64,000 bases of DNA, taken from the NCBI RefSeq assembly GCF_009914755.1, contig NC_060927.1. One strand, given 5' to 3'. The position numbers and the translations under genes were made by a program. Source of the stretch: the human T2T-CHM13v2.0 reference genome, Homo sapiens. Under the pieces are notes generated by a model. That model was not told the origin of the DNA, made no database searches, and saw only the letters and a list, made by a program, of their open reading frames with translations. Positions within the stretch are counted from its first letter, which is position 1. Each line of letters opens with the position of its first letter. This document shows, piece after piece, positions 48,141 through 63,208 of this stretch.

Positions 48141-51100
48141 TATTACTTTAATAAGTTTTCAGTTAGAGAAGTTTTGTAAAACCAAACTAATTAAAAGGGA
48201 AATTTGGAAACAAAGACTAAGTTAAAGCAATGTATTTTTTCATGGCCATATATGCAATAGACTTGGCAGAACAGATTAAACAATAGTTTGGAGTTGTTAC
48301 ATTTAACAAGTATTTACTGAACATTTACTATAAGCAAGATTATGTAGCAAAAGACTAGACTCAGAAATGGGACACAAAGGGATTTCTGCAAATTTGGGGG
48401 ACCATATCTCCAGTAAGATAAGAGTCTATATTTATTAATAATTTCTCTGTAAAGCTATAGCCACAGCACAACACCTTCTCTGCACAGCTCAAGCACTTTA
48501 TTTGTATAGCCCTCGTACCTTGAACTCACACTGCTATAGGAACTAAGTGCTACTCGGGAATATGTTTTTCTCCCTGGTAACATTTGGAGCCAAGTCCATC
48601 TATCAATGGCTGACTCTGTGGCAGCTGAAAAACCACTTTGGGAACCCTGCCAGCTCCTGCTTCTGGGCTGATTTCTAATAGATGTCCTATCTTTGTGAAT
48701 CCCCAACTCTTTACTTCAGCTGCTGTCCTCTCCACTAACAAAAGGAGCCTCCCAGCTATTCAATATACGCGTGGAAAGCCAGGTAGCCCAGTAGATGGAA
48801 GCACATCTGGATTAGCATTGCTTTTTCCCATTGACATGCACACATGTCGTACCTCATTGCAGCTTGCTCGCTCTGCTTCAGAGCTGCTTGTTAAGGGGCA
48901 GGCAGTTTGATAGGTTTAATACAATGACTTTGGGTCATAGAACCACAGAAGTGACATTAAAGCATTAGGATGGATGTAAGATGTCACAATTCAAACACTT
49001 CACAATTGACCACACACAAAAAATTTACCTGGGATAACAGAAGTATTCAAGTGAAGAGACTGAAGCATTCAGGAGCAAGCCACATCTGCTCCCTTTGGAA
49101 TTATATGACACCTTCTGATGAGGATGTGACTTCAGATTCCCATTTTTAGGGAGGTTTCATTAACACCACCAAATGTGGGCCAAAAGTTAAAATAAGACAT
49201 GTTTATTTCATACGGCACATAATTTCATCTGGTAAATGCTGTGTTCTCCCACAGCTTGACAATAAGTACAAAGCTAAATAAAAATGGTAATTATTTTGCA
49301 AGCTTTCCTCCAGCTTCCAAAAAAATGAAAAAAGATACCTTGGGACTTATTTTCGAGATACAGATTCTTGAAATTCTTTATTCTTTTATCAGCTCTGTTG
49401 CCCAAGGGGAAATCTGTACAACAGGCATCATATGTCTTTAATAATGAAGCAAACTACTGTAGCTCAAATCTTTCGAGCAGCTAAGAAACTCAATTGTGTG
49501 TAGGAAATGCCGGAAGAGTTTGTTGTACTAGAGCTATAAATTCAGCAACATTCAGGGGGTAGGCTCATTTCAATCGAAGGCAGCAAGACAAAACTGATGA
49601 AAACATTTTAAAGGATGTTCCACATGGAATGAGTCTGAGGGAGATTTCCCATGAAGCAAACACCTTCCTTATAAACCAGGGATTCTAGGACTCTTCCACT
49701 CCCTTTTTTTCATCTGTTTGTTTAAAGGTTCAAACTCCATAGGACTTCTTAAAACCATTAAAGTTTCATCCTTCTTGAAAAAGGGAAAGGATATATATTT
49801 TAAGTGTCCTATAAAATTTCTTCAACTGATAGGTTTCCCCTATGATCTAATTTACAAATCTGCATTTCAGATTGAAATTGCCGAATTGCAGTTAGCAACG
49901 GGACAAGATGCTCTTTCTAATGACACTTTGTTACATGAGACAGCACATTATATGCCTTCCTGGTGAAGAACAATGGAAGACACATGGAAGATAATGATAA
50001 AAATAATTGTATTTAAAGCATTTTGTATACATTTCAGCCATCATTTCCATATGATCTTCTAGGATCTTCAAGTTGATGTTCTGTTAAGTACTATCCTTTA
50101 AGATTTAAACTAACATCAATCCAAAAATGTCAATTCAAGGTACTACACATTCTAAGTCATTTTTCTTTAAAAACATCCATTCAGCAGAAAAATGTGTAAT
50201 TTTAATGAAAGAAAAGGAGCTGGTTTACTTAGATATTTTTATATGGGAGACCTGGGCACTATGGAAAGCATCGTACTGAAAATAGACCAGCTTTGTCCTT
50301 AGCTAGGTCAACTAGGGAACAGCATTGAAACTACTTGGGTGCCTTCGGTAAATTGAAAGATCATGTGAGATCTTAGCTAATGTGCTTTCTAGCTTTAAGA
50401 CTCATCATGGGTCTAAAATTTACATGTCACTTGACAACAAGCCTAATTCAGGGCAAAATCCGAATGAATTCAATGTAAATACTGCTCAAAAAAAACCCTT
50501 ATTTTGAGAGATTAATCAGATTTAAGATTCTGTTTACAAGTGACCTCTTTTATAACTTACAAATGGGAAGACTCTATCTGTCCTAAAGTATCTGGACAGC
50601 CCAATTGAAATAACTCAATGTTCCTGTTTCAGAACTTAGTATATTAGACAAATATCCTTACTAAAAACTTTTTTAGATACAGTTCTAAAAAGCATGCTTA
50701 TTTGACTTTCTAATCTAGAATAATTTAGAAGCAGAAAATTAGAAGGGGGCATGACCATATTGGCAGGCCATCAAAGAACAGCAAGAAATGACAGCTGACA
50801 GCCTGACAGAAAGGGGCATGTCAGAGGAACCATAATATACACAAAATCATTTTAAAAGTAAGGACAACAAACTGACCCAGATATTTAAAAAGCATGGCCT
50901 TTGGGACAAATGTCTCCTGGAATAATTACTTTACTATACACTGTACAATTGATATGCACAGTGACGACCGAGTTGTCAGAAAAGCATTAAGTTATGCACC
51001 CTGCTCCAATAAGGCAGGAAGTACTGAACAGGTCAGAGAAATAGTCTTATCAAAATACTTAGCTTACTTTTTATAAGCATCAGTAATTCAAGTGGTTTAT

Positions 51101-51469
51101 TTTGTGGAAAATCTCATTCCCAATGATGTAAGACCACTAAGAACCAACTATGTTTACAGGAGAATATAAGATACTTAATATTCCTGCCAGATGCTGACTC
51201 ATAGCTCAGGAAATAAAAGGAAAAACAGATGATTTATTTGTAAACTAAAAAGTGAAATATAGCTACGAAGTCTTCATAATTATAAGATTTGGTATCTTCA
51301 AAATATTTCTTTGAATATCTGAAAATTGATTTTTCACTCCTCTTTGGTCGATCACTTACGTTGTTTCCAACAGTATCCTAACTGAAACTATGTATCTCAG
51401 GATACTTTGTAGACTAAATACAGAAGAAAAGGCCCGAGATAAATCAGAAGGACATGTGTTTGTTTAGGT

Positions 51470-51985
51470 AGCTGTCCAAAGGAAGGACAAGCTTCCATTC
51501 TCTTAACACAGTGGTGCTGGCTTTGTTTCTCTGTAACTCCTCAGCTGTGCCAGGCCAGGGGCATTGGTTTAATCTCAGGAATGGCTCCCTTCATGGTTGC
51601 AAAATGCTTTTAGCAGTTCCAGCTTCCCATGTCCACAAACCAAGATGCGTCGCAGAGCAGAGAACATTTTCTTTTCTTAATTCTCTCTCATAGAGCCTCA
51701 GAAGACCTCTTTTCTGTTATCCTCAAAAAGACTCCCTCCAATTTCACTCTCATGAATTACATTAATCCATGTACCTGAGGCCTGTGGCCAGCAGAATGTC
51801 ACTCAGTAATTGGCTTAGGTCTGGATCATTGATGTAATCACCGTGCCATGTGGCATGAGATTTGCCTGAGACATTCAATCCCACTTTTGAGGCTGTGGTA
51901 GGGGAGGTGACCCTGGAGGAGTCAACATCTGTATAAAAATTGGGTTTTTATGAATTTGAGGGGAATTCTAGGTAGCAACAATCAT
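51470..51985 (-). mobile_element. MLT1 (J/K-type) LTR
   Basis: GGCTCCCTTCATGGTTGCAAAATGCTTTTAGCAGTTCCAG...CTGTGGCCAG...ATTGGCTTAGG. Confidence 0.6.
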
Positions 51986-52180
51986 TGATTGCTGCAATAA
52001 AATAGACATTGTATGTATAGAATTTTCCCTTTCCTTTTGATTTTTTTCTTTGGTATGGTGTGCCTTACATAAGAAAAAATATTTTTGATTTAATAATGGA
52101 AACTTCTTGGGTCACAATGACTGGAATCCATTTAAATTGTTTAAGCAAATGAGGAGACACTGGAGTATAATTAAGATACA

Positions 52181-52700
52181 TTGTCTTGTTTTCCAGAACA
52201 GTATACTTTCCCTTTTTCTAGGGAAAGTTTAATGGGAGCAGCCTTATTTCGTTTTTACATGCACTCACACTTTTCTGGTAACAAGAACTGGTTGAAGGAT
52301 GAACAGCTGATTCAAGCTCAGCCAATCATAGTTCCTTCTGTCCCTGCCTGGATTGTAATTGAGGGGATATACACATGGTTCAAGCCAGTTCTGGCTGCCT
52401 TCCAAAGAGTTTTATAAGTAGGAATTATGAAACTTGAGGGAGGGTGATTGAAAGCCCATTTTTTTGTATCTTGAAAAACTGTGCATGTCCAGAGCTGCTA
52501 GTGGTCATTGCTCCGGCCTTGTGGAGAAAGCAGGTTTCAGAGAATAAAGCCAGAACTCAAAGATCAGCAGCAGAAAGAGGTAGAACAAAAGAATCCTGGA
52601 GACATCGCAGCACCTGATTCTAGTTGTTCCAGCAGCATTCTTAGCCTTCCAGTTTATTTGGGTAGGCAGTTTCCAGAATAATCTTTTTCCTTTGTTTCTT
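52181..52700 (+). mobile_element. Old ERVL/MaLR LTR (LTR33/LTR67-like)
   Basis: CTGATTCAAGCTCAGCCAATCA...GAGCTGCTAGTGGTCAT...GAGAATAAAGCCA. Confidence 0.5.
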
Positions 52701-52854
52701 CTATAGATTGGCTACATATTGCTAATTTTCTTTTCCAAAATATGGAACTAATTTACACCATTACTGACATATTTCATGATAAGTCAGCATGGGTTTATTA
52801 TTTAAAAGATTATATACTGGATACTTTTTTGAATGCAAATATTACAGAAAAGTA

Positions 52855-53070
52855 GTAGTTGTGAAGGAAATCTCCTGTAGCAGAAGATACATAGCCTTTG
52901 GGGTCAGGCAAGCCTGAATCCAAAAATCTTGTCCTCCTGTTTGCTAACCACATAATTTGTGGACAGTTTACTTGAGCTTCAATCACTTCCATTACAAAAA
53001 TACACATATCAGTGCCTAGCCAGCATCCAGTTAAAAGCCCAGCATTTAATTAGTATCTCTTCCTTTTTTC
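52855..53070 (+). mobile_element. MIR SINE
   Basis: GCCTTTGGGGTCAGGCAAGCCTGAATCCAAAATCTTG...TGTGGACAGTTTACTT. Confidence 0.6.
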
Positions 53071-53258
53071 CTGGAAGGTAGAGATCTGTTTTATTACTAA
53101 TTTAACCACAGATTGTTTTATCTAGGGAGTTCATGTTACCCACCTTTCTGCACGTCATCTTAATTTTTACCTGAGAGATTTAAAAATCTCTGTAAAACCT
53201 ATTCTTTAATAATGTTTAATATCTCAAGATTTTTTAAACACTGTTATATCTTAAATTA

Positions 53259-53556
<298 letters not shown>

Positions 53557-53759
53557 AAGTGAACAATTTGTAACAATGCAAAAGAAGTAGCTCTGACCTT
53601 TAAACTTACCATTTAGAGAATAATAGTACTTTTTGTTATTATTCCATTGCTCTTTGAACGATTCATGAGTTAGACTTTTTTTGGTTAGTGGCATTAAGCC
53701 AAGTACAAGGTGACAAAACTGACTGAGGCTTTGGTATTTCCAAGAAAGCCATTCCCAAT

Positions 53760-54222
53760 AGTCAACCAGAAAAAAACCTCAGAGATAGGCTCTCCAGAAC
53801 AAATTAGCTTATTTGGGAATAGCAGAGGGTTGCAATCCAGGATTTCATACTGTAACTGAACATAGGCATATTCAAGGGAATAGGGGCAAAAGGAAGATTT
53901 GTAAAGCCAAAAAGAATAAATGCACTTAAGTTGCTTTAAAACAAAGTTCATAGGTCACAGAAGTCATTGCAGGTATTGGCATTTGGTCAAAGGTGCACCC
54001 AGTCATTGCTAGTTAAGTGACGCTGTGCAGGTGGCTTATCTGGAATATTGCAGTCTTGAGGAAGTTCTTGTGGTAAGTGCTGCTACTGGTCCGCATGCAG
54101 AAATGTCTTGTGAAGAGTCCTGTTATAGGCATATATGCATGAAAACTCCCTGCCATGGCCTCTCAACTCCATTTTGTTAGAATTTGAAATAAGCGACTCC
54201 ATTTTGGCACCAGCAACTTTCA
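53760..54222 (-). mobile_element. MER31-type ERV1 LTR
   Basis: Minus strand begins TGAAAGTTGCTGGTGCCAAAATGGAGTCGCTTAT...CTAACAAAATGGAG. Confidence 0.8.
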
Positions 54223-55335
54223 TGTCATCTTTATATTCTCTTTGCTTTGTTCAGTAACACTTTGTTGCAATAAATTTATATCTTTGGAGATTTAAAGGTA
54301 TACTTAGAATAATGGAAAATCTACCTGTGTGAAATCATTGGCTTTGTGAGGCTGCCAATTATATACTAACAATGTATGCAACCATATAAATGTCATGTGT
54401 TAATGAACTTTTATAGCAAAATCATGACTCTGTATGATTTATCAGAATTCCTATATTGATAGCTATGTCTTTGTAGACTTTTTCAACTTAATTTGCAAGC
54501 TGTGTAGGAAATATTCATTAGTATATATTCTTGCAGTTTGAATTATTTTTAAGGGTTTAATGAATCATTTCAGCAAGTTCACTTTAATTCAAAGAGAATA
54601 CTTTATTGCTTAGCCTTAAATTTTAAATTTATATGTATGCTCACTTCAGAAAAGCACCTTAATTATTTAAAGCTTTTCTTAACATATGCAGATATAAAAC
54701 AATAGTTTTTTGAAAGTCGAAACATTTTTACATCAGAAGAGACTAGAAGAAATGGATAAGAGTAGAAACACTGCTGTTTTTCATTTCCTTAACATGGATT
54801 TGTCAGCTAAAGGTTACTTTTCAGGTCAGGAAAACTTGTATGCTAATCCCTTCTGATGAGAGAATGAAGGAACCATGTTGGGACTTTGGCTTTTTTAAGT
54901 AAAAGAATATTGTAATATTCAGAATGGTAGAGACGTGTGTAAATATAATCTTACATTCAATTTAAAATTCTTTTCTTACTTTTATATTTTGGGGAGGTAT
55001 AAATATCTATAACCCACAAATATATACACACATACATCTTTAAACTTATCCTTATTTTTTTCATTTACCAAATTTTTCTGAACAAGGAGTAAAGTTTTCA
55101 AATTTCAAATCTCTTTGTAATTATTGCACCATGACACTTAATCCAGAAAGCCTCTAGACACTTTTATTCTAGGAGGAAAAGGATCAGATATTGCATAAGG
55201 CTAGAGTTGTACTCAAGAAACTTGAGAAGTAAAAGGTATTAGAGGAAATTGGAAAAGAGCAGAATGTTGAGTGTTAATTTACAGTAAAATAAGCAATTTG
55301 ATTTCTCTTTCATTTAATCCTTATTCTTCCCTAGG

Positions 55336-55337
<2 letters not shown>

Positions 55338-55367
<30 letters not shown>
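55338..55367. repeat. (CA)n microsatellite
   Basis: Perfect AC run. Confidence 0.95.
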
Positions 55368-55368
<1 letters not shown>

Positions 55369-55479
55369 ATACACATGAACATGAACACGCAGAAATCACT
55401 GTAATTATAGAAACCTTAGCCAGTTGGCAGTTTGCTGCTCTTTTTCAGTGGGCAGAGATAACAAAAGTGAAAGACATTT

Positions 55480-56000
55480 GTCTTTATTTTTTGCTCTAGA
55501 CCTGTTCTTGAATTTGAGGAACCCGCTGAGGTTAACAATCATGGATATTCTCATACTATATATGAAATAGGTAAGGAGGAATGGTAGATTGTGGCACACA
55601 TTCAGGATGGGAGTTTTGTTTTGTTGGTATGAGGGGAGGTTTGTGAGGAAGTTAAATATTAAAGTAGTTATGAGTGTTTTTGGTAAAGGCAAAAGCAACT
55701 GGTAGTCACTGAGAAATTATTAGCATCAGGAGGAATATAGGTGTGAGTGAGACTGAAAGAATGAGAGACTGTGATCATACAGGGGTATATGGGATTTCAA
55801 GATTTCCGAGGGGTAGCAGCAGCTCCTCTTCCCAGATCTCAGTATACAGAGGAAGCAATGACTATGGTATCTACGCTTCAACACTTTTTGAGAGTAATAG
55901 AAGATTAGAAAATGACAGCTATGAGGAGGGGTGAGATATGGTATGAAACTCAAAGAAGTAAGGGGTTTTGCGCAAGGGTGAAAGAATAAATGTTGGGAAA
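55480..56000 (-). mobile_element. L2 fragment
   Basis: Purine-rich L2-antisense-like text; edges approximate. Confidence 0.4.
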
Positions 56001-56319
56001 CTGCCATGCTTTCTATCATAATGAAAAAGATTTAATCTCTGTTTTGCAGTCATGAAGGGCATTCTGTAAAGCATAATGGGTATGCATTCTGTTGTCTCAG
56101 AATAGTGTCAGGTGAGGCCACTTTCCTGTTATTTGCTAGCCTCCTACATGCTGGCTTGACGTTGATACATTACTTTTTAATGAATAAATTCTTTGAACAG
56201 TCAAGGTGGCAAAGCAAAATAAACACACTGAGCATTTTATTACTCATTAGAGATATTTGGTCATTTGTAAGGTTGGCATATGGCTGTGTTTTCACTTCCA
56301 TTTTCTTCAGCTAAGTCAT

Positions 56320-56960
56320 AATGCTCAATTGTGTCTTCCTTCAAAATGTCTCTTATATTTATACATTCCTCTCCATTCTTTTTCTCAGGAGTAGTCCAGT
56401 TGGAAATCTGAAACTATTTTCTCCAACTCTCACCTTTCTTCTCTTTCAATCATTTTAATGCATCAGTATGATTAATCTTTGCAGACGGATGATGTCATGA
56501 TCTAATTTTATTGCTCAAGAACATACACAGTATTGATTCTCCACTGGGTACAATATTCAGTTCTATTAAGGCCCTCATAAATCTATGTCTTCAGCCTTGT
56601 TCCCCCCGACACCCCACCAAGCATGGTCTACTTTACTTTGGCTGTTGCTTTCTATGTCCTGTGCCATAAAATGTTTACACTCTCATTTGTGCCTTTCCTG
56701 ATCCTATTTCATCTCCTTCAATTCACCTTGCTTTTCCCATCAAGGAATTCAAATTCTGCTCTATTTTGTGGCCAAATTATTGGCCTGTCTAAAAAAATTC
56801 ATTTGTAATATTCCCTCCTACCATAACCTTGTCTCAATTTTATGCATATAACTATTTCCTTGTTTTGTGTCTCCAAATAGGTTTTACACTATGTGAGGGA
56901 AAGTGCCATCTTGAATGGCACAATCTTGTCTCCTGCCATTGTGCTTAGGAACATGATATT
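56320..56960 (+). mobile_element. L2 3' region
   Basis: TCTTCCTTCAAAATGTCTCTT...CCTATTTCATCTCCTTCAA...CTATGTGAGGGAAAGTGCCATCTTG. Confidence 0.55.
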
Positions 56961-58090
56961 GGTGATATATTGGCAATCATAGGTAGCCATCATTGTGTTC
57001 TCAGTATGCCATTAAAAACATAACATACTTCTTGACTGATTGCCTTGATATTTTTCAATGAGTTTTATCAAATGTCGACTGCTTAGTATGACATTTTTAT
57101 GTTGCTTGATCATTTTCCATATCAGGATTTGCCAAACACTACTGCCTCTTCTGAATTAGTCACCTGCTAAAATAAGCTCATAAGAAAGCCATCACTAAAA
57201 TTATCAAAGCCAAAGCACAAATGGACTTTGATTACAGGTGGATGTTAACATTCAGATAAAAAGTTTTGACTATTCAATTTGTAAGTCTCTATTAAAAGAC
57301 ACTCCAACGACCTCAGCCTTAAGCTTCAGGAAAGCCAATTCAATTTGTAGTTTCATAACCTAAGAAGCCAACACTAGGCTACTCAGTTCTGTGGCAGAAA
57401 GTAATATTCAGAATCATCTGAAGGTCAATCATGAGTAAAAACTCCAGTTCAATAAAAGAAATAAAAAATGAATAATTTTAAAGCGATGCATAACATAGCA
57501 TTTCGCTGCAGTTAATTCTATTTTCCACCTCTTTACTATAAGACAGTCCAAACATGAGAAATTATAATTCTCTTTAAACCCTGGAGAACATTTTTATGAA
57601 GAATTAAGTGTGAAAGTGACTTAGGTTCAAAAGTAATGAAATTATTCCTATGCCGCAAACTTATATTGAAGAAAATTCAGACAAACTAAATTTCTACAGT
57701 CAGGGGAAGGGAAGTCAGGCTACACGTTTTAAGGTAGAAGACAACCCTGCTTAAGTTTTGTGTGGCTTTTGCTCTGGCTGTTGCCATTGTTTTTCTCCAT
57801 TGTGTTCCACAAGTTAAAGTAATCTGAATAAGCATTCTTGTGTCCTCACCTGCAACATGAAATAGTTAAATCTGATCAGCTCTTCTACAATGAGCCACTA
57901 CATAACAAAAATTTGATTATCATTTCAGTATGTTGGAGTTAGTGAACTGCCTTGCATGAATCTTTTGTAAAACAGGCAAGTAAAATACCAAGGGGTAAAC
58001 GATATGTTTGGGTACAAATTCTTCTATGGGAAAAATTATTTGTCACACTAGAAATTAATTGAGCATATTCTCTGTACAACCATGTGGCAC

Positions 58091-58445
58091 TGATATGGTT
58101 TGGCTCTGTGTCCCCACCCAAACCTCATCTCAAATTGTAATCCCCATGTGTCAGTGAGGGAGGTGACTGGATCATGGGGGTGGTCTCTCCATGCTGTTCT
58201 CGTGATAATGAGTCAGTTCTCATGACATCTGATGGTTTTATAAGCATCTGGCGTTTTTCCTGCTTGTACTTCTCTCTCCTGCCACCACGCAAAGAAAGTC
58301 CTTCCTTCCCCTTCGCCTTCTGCCATGATTGTAAGTTTCCTGAGGCCTTCCCAGCCATGTGAAACTGAGTCAATTAAATTTCTTTTCTTTATAAATTACC
58401 CAGTCTTGGGTATTTATTTATAGCAGTTGAAAATGGACTAATACA
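58091..58445 (+). mobile_element. THE1C/D solo LTR
   Basis: TGATATGGTTTGGCTCTGTGTCCCCACCCAAA...AATGGACTAATACA. Confidence 0.92.
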
Positions 58446-60678
58446 GATATACTGCTTTGTGGTTTGAAAACAATGAAAGCAAGCCATGAAATACAAGGAC
58501 TTGAGCGCTAAAGAAGCAAGACACACAAACATGAAATAATCACAACAGTGAAACAACATTGCATAAAGATAAGTCACTGGGAAATGTAACATGCTATGAG
58601 TTCATGAGTACAGGAAATCTGTGGGTCAAAAGATAAAATTCATTTCAGCTATTGTGTTGAAACATAGTATCTGTCTATGTGCTTGATGCTTATCTTATCT
58701 CCTTTGAGGGAATTTAAAGTGGGCTTTGAGCAGGAAGACTTTTCGCACAAAAGGAGTAATCAAAATCTGAGGTCTGTAAGAGGGAGAACAGAAACATAAA
58801 TAGGCTAGGCAGAGAAAAGAAAAGTTTGGAAATCAGGGGAGTATGGAAATTCATCAGGAGGCGAATGCAAAAACTGCCAATTCCTTCAGTGAAGCCAAAT
58901 GATTGTCCTCCTGAGGCCCCTTCACCAGCTCATCAACTTTGCTGTTTAAAGATATATTCCTGGATTTCAAATGCAGCATAGACTGAGTGTCCTTTCCTTG
59001 GAGCTTTATTCAGCACACAACTAGCAACTGACACATCCAAGGCAGCTTCTAACCAAAGTTTTGACTACTTGTGAATTGCTGGGTAACCCAGTGGTGAACA
59101 TGGGAGAGGTTTAGGGTTGCACCTAAATAGATTTACTGTGTGTGCATATTCACATATAATTTTATTTATTGCCCTTCACTTAAGCCATTTCTTTTTTATG
59201 CCAAGTCTCTTGGTCCACGGCCTTAGCATGGCCATCTTTTCTTCTCCCATTTTCACTGTCATTTCACTGTGCTGTGAAAAGGATTTCTCTACCCACACAC
59301 AAAATACATTCTGGGAACAGAGTCGTTAAATATGAAAGTCACTGTTGTATCGGCTTCAGCAATTATATGAGGTCCTTAGGTGGACCATGACTTTATTTCC
59401 ACTTTTCTTGAATATATTAAGCTTCTAGTTCTTTTAATTCTGATTTTAAATAATTTTTTTGGTCAATCTCCAGTTTAGGACTGTGATGTTTTAAAAGAAT
59501 TAATTTTTCTTTATATTCCTTGGCTCAGAGCTTAATTCAAGTTAGGTTTCTTCTTTTAATCAAATATTTTCTTTTTTCTAGGCAGTTCCAAAGCAAGAAT
59601 TGTACCTTAGCTGATAGAACTGACGTGTGAGCATCCACACCAAACTCACACAGTGAACAAATAAGACTCAGACCCAGTTCATCGTTTATTAAGAACCATA
59701 TGCCCAAATGGAAATAATTATGTAGAAAGAAAGATACTTGTAATTTTTCCAGCTCACTCACCAAAAGGCACCAAGCTATTAGGTTTTATTTCTTTAAAAA
59801 AAATGAGGCAAACTCTTTTCTTAGAATAATAAGTTGGATTTTTTTCTCCACTCTGGAAAAATCAATTTGATAGAAAAGAAATTACACACTGAATAATGTC
59901 AGAAATGAGCCCATAGGAAAAAACCTTCCCAAGAAAAAAAGCAGAAGATCCAACAGTCTGACAAAATTCTCAGAAAAAAAGATAAGTACAGGTAGGGCTG
60001 AAGAAGCATGCTAGAGTATGAATCTAATTACGTATTTGAATTTGAAGATAAAATATTCGACACTGGTAAATATCTACAGAACTCTTGTAAAGACAGAGAC
60101 TTTTTTTAAAAAAACAAAGAATTGCTTGCCACTCCTTAATAAACTTGATATTTACCATCACCCTATACTACAGTCACTATATATTCTCAATTCTTTCTAA
60201 CTGGTTTTACTCTTCTTATGCAGACACCCTTTTAACAATGCTGTTTCTAACACTAAAAGATTCTTTTCCTTCATTCCACCTCTCAGAAATTTTCTTAGCT
60301 AAGAACTAAAATAGAAAAAAAAATAACAAAAATTTGGCTTATCCATGGGTCAAGTTCACGTGATCTAACCTATCAGTTGAGATAAAACAACAAGACAATT
60401 ATTTTAGGTATGTTTTATCAGCTCCTGTACTGAATGTTGCAAACCATTCTCAGCTCTTCACAAGTTCTCAATCTGGCACTCCCTCTTCCTCTTGGTGCAA
60501 TGGACCTCTCCATTCAACTTTAAGGTGAAGTGACATGCCAATGAAGCCTCCACTCATTTCCTGCTTCATCACCTAATAATCTGAGTTGATACCTCCTCCC
60601 TTTTACCTCCCTCTCAGGAAGAATTGCCCTCCTCCTGTCCAAGTCACCCTCAATCTGTTCTCCCAATCCCAACCCTCT

Positions 60679-60839
60679 AGCTGGGCTCAGTGGACCACAC
60701 TGGCAATCCCAGCTACTCCAGAGGCTGAGGCAGGATCACTTGAGCCCAGGAGTTCCAGGCTGCACTGAGCTATAATTGCATCACTACACTCCAGACTGAG
60801 CAGCAGAGCCAGGCCTCCATCTCTAAAAAAGAAAAAAAG

Positions 60840-60870
<31 letters not shown>
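60679..60870 (+). mobile_element. FRAM (free right Alu monomer)
   Basis: Single right-type monomer (CCCAGCTACT...GGCTGCACTGAGCTATAATTGC), A-rich tail, TSD AACCCTCT. Confidence 0.8.
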
Positions 60871-61539
60871 TTTAACCCTCTCAACCTCTGCTGAACTGTC
60901 ATCCTCAATTTTTATCTCTCTACTAGCTCAAGGTATATTAGATTTTCTCAAGGTGTATTATAAAGCTATCCTTTCTTTCTCTAAAAAAAAAAAAAAAACA
61001 AAAAACAAAAAACTAAAAAATATAGTCCACATTTGCTAGTCATCAACTGCTTACTCACTTCTCAGATCTTTCCAACCTCCTTCTTTTATTTCCAAGCGTT
61101 TTATCCCCTGTTTTCTATAAAGAATCACCATTAACATTCTAAATGGTAGATTTAATGAGTTTTTACTTAGGACTTACCCTACTTCTCAGCAACATTTCTT
61201 ACCATTGCCTGTCTTTGTTACTGTTGCCATTACTTCTGTTCTAAAATTCACTGCCCTTTGTTACATAACTTTGCATTTTCTCCATTCCTTATGTCTCTCC
61301 TCATGCTACCATCTACCATTCTCTGAGCTTATCTGCTTCATACCATGTACCTGGGAGCTACTGGAAGGGTCTGAGTTCAGCAATTTTATTTCCTAACTTC
61401 ACTTACCACTTCTTTGTACACGGCATTTTCATTTGTAGCTCTAGTTCCCGAATCTCCTGAGATGGAGATTGAAATTTTATCAGCATGCTGGGTGTTTCCA
61501 TATGGATTAGCCTCATGCACTTAAAATTTAAGAAGTTCG

Positions 61540-61840
<301 letters not shown>

Positions 61841-62339
61841 GTTCGAGATCAGACTCCTCATTGATCCTCGAACTTTTGTACTGCTTGTTTCTATGTCAAT
61901 TATTGGCATCACTATTCTTCACCTTTAAATTTTACAGTTATTGTTCATTTTTATTTTCCTCAAGACCTCTTCTTGACATATTTTATACAAAGAAAGAAAA
62001 CAGGCTAATTGTCATTGTTCCTGATGTTTTAAACTACTATGTACTAAATAAATGTTAGTTTTGCTATTTTTTCATTTTTCTATTTGATTTTAACTGATAA
62101 TAACAGACTCTTTAATAGTTTGACAAAAATGTTAAAAGGTTGTGAAACAATTATGTTTTTTTCTTTTTGATTAAGATCATTTTGCGTGGTTTTAGCTTAT
62201 ACTGTCATTTTTATAATTCCTCATTACTCTGCAAAGCAAGAAGGCCTGGGTGCACTATGAATTCAGTTTCAATAGTCTTTGCACATGCACTGCACTGTGC
62301 ATGGGGTGCTCTTCCTCAGCAACTTCATTTCTCTTTTTA

Positions 62340-62696
62340 GAGTAAGGGCATCTGCAGATGGCTGAAGGGAAGTTTCGCCGTTGGCTTTCAGCCATCCTCC
62401 TGAGAATTAACCACTTCAGTGCTGTAGGCAGCTGTGATAATCAGCGAAGCTTCCAGCAATATCTGGGTATCCTCCTGAGAATCACACTGACTTTAGTGTT
62501 TCAGAGAGCTACATTTATTAGCAATGGCTTTTCTGTAGTTCTGTCATTTCTGGAATTTCTGAAAGCCAGAAGTAACTTCCTGACATTTGCTTTACCAGCA
62601 CTTCCAACATTTGTCTCTATGCTCCTATAATAAATCATGTTGTGTTTATAATACCTTTAGTGATGTCTGTTTTCTTGTCTGCCCCTGACTGATAAA
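62340..62696 (+). mobile_element. ERVL-class 5' LTR (LTR41/LTR52/LTR33-like)
   Basis: AATAAA followed by GTGATGTCTGTTTTCTTGTCTGCCCCTGACTGATA, the ERVL LTR end. Confidence 0.6.
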
Positions 62697-63208
62697 TCAT
62701 TTGGCACCATAAGCACTTCCTAGGTAAAGAATCACCTGAAGATAATATTTTTTATTGGCTATTTCATTTAGTGAGATTTGTAGGCAGTAATGACTTTACC
62801 ATCGGTGGAAAATGAGATGAAAGTCCATAAAATGCAGACAAAACAGTTACTTAAATTGTCACTTGTAGTTACCTGGCATACAGAGCCTAATGAAAGTGAA
62901 GCTGGAGAGTCCAAGTGACTTGGAAAAGAATGACAAGAAAGCGATGAGCACAAGGACTGTGGGGGAAGATGTCCACACTGAGATTAAAGAACAAGAATGC
63001 TCAGGATTTTAAACTCTCAGCTCAAGGCATGATCAGAACACTAGAATGCCTATACCTGGACTGGAATCATCTTTTATCTTCTGTAGCCTCAGGACTTATG
63101 CATTAAAAAATCAGGCCCAAACTTTGAGGCTGCAGCCTGCAAAATTACCATGCAAGTTAAATTCACAACCTCAACAGTTCTCTTCAGTAAAAGGTAGGGC
63201 ATTGACCA
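62697..63208 (+). mobile_element. ERVL internal region with decayed gag N-terminus
   Basis: Starts TCATTTGGCACC (ERVL-type PBS region); ORF 63046 reads LESSFIFCS..ALKNQAQTLRLQPAKLPCKLNSQPQQFSSVKGRAL, matching the ERV-L gag pattern ESLISC..AENQTQ.L...AELQ.KLNSQP..VS.VKVRAL. Confidence 0.75.
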
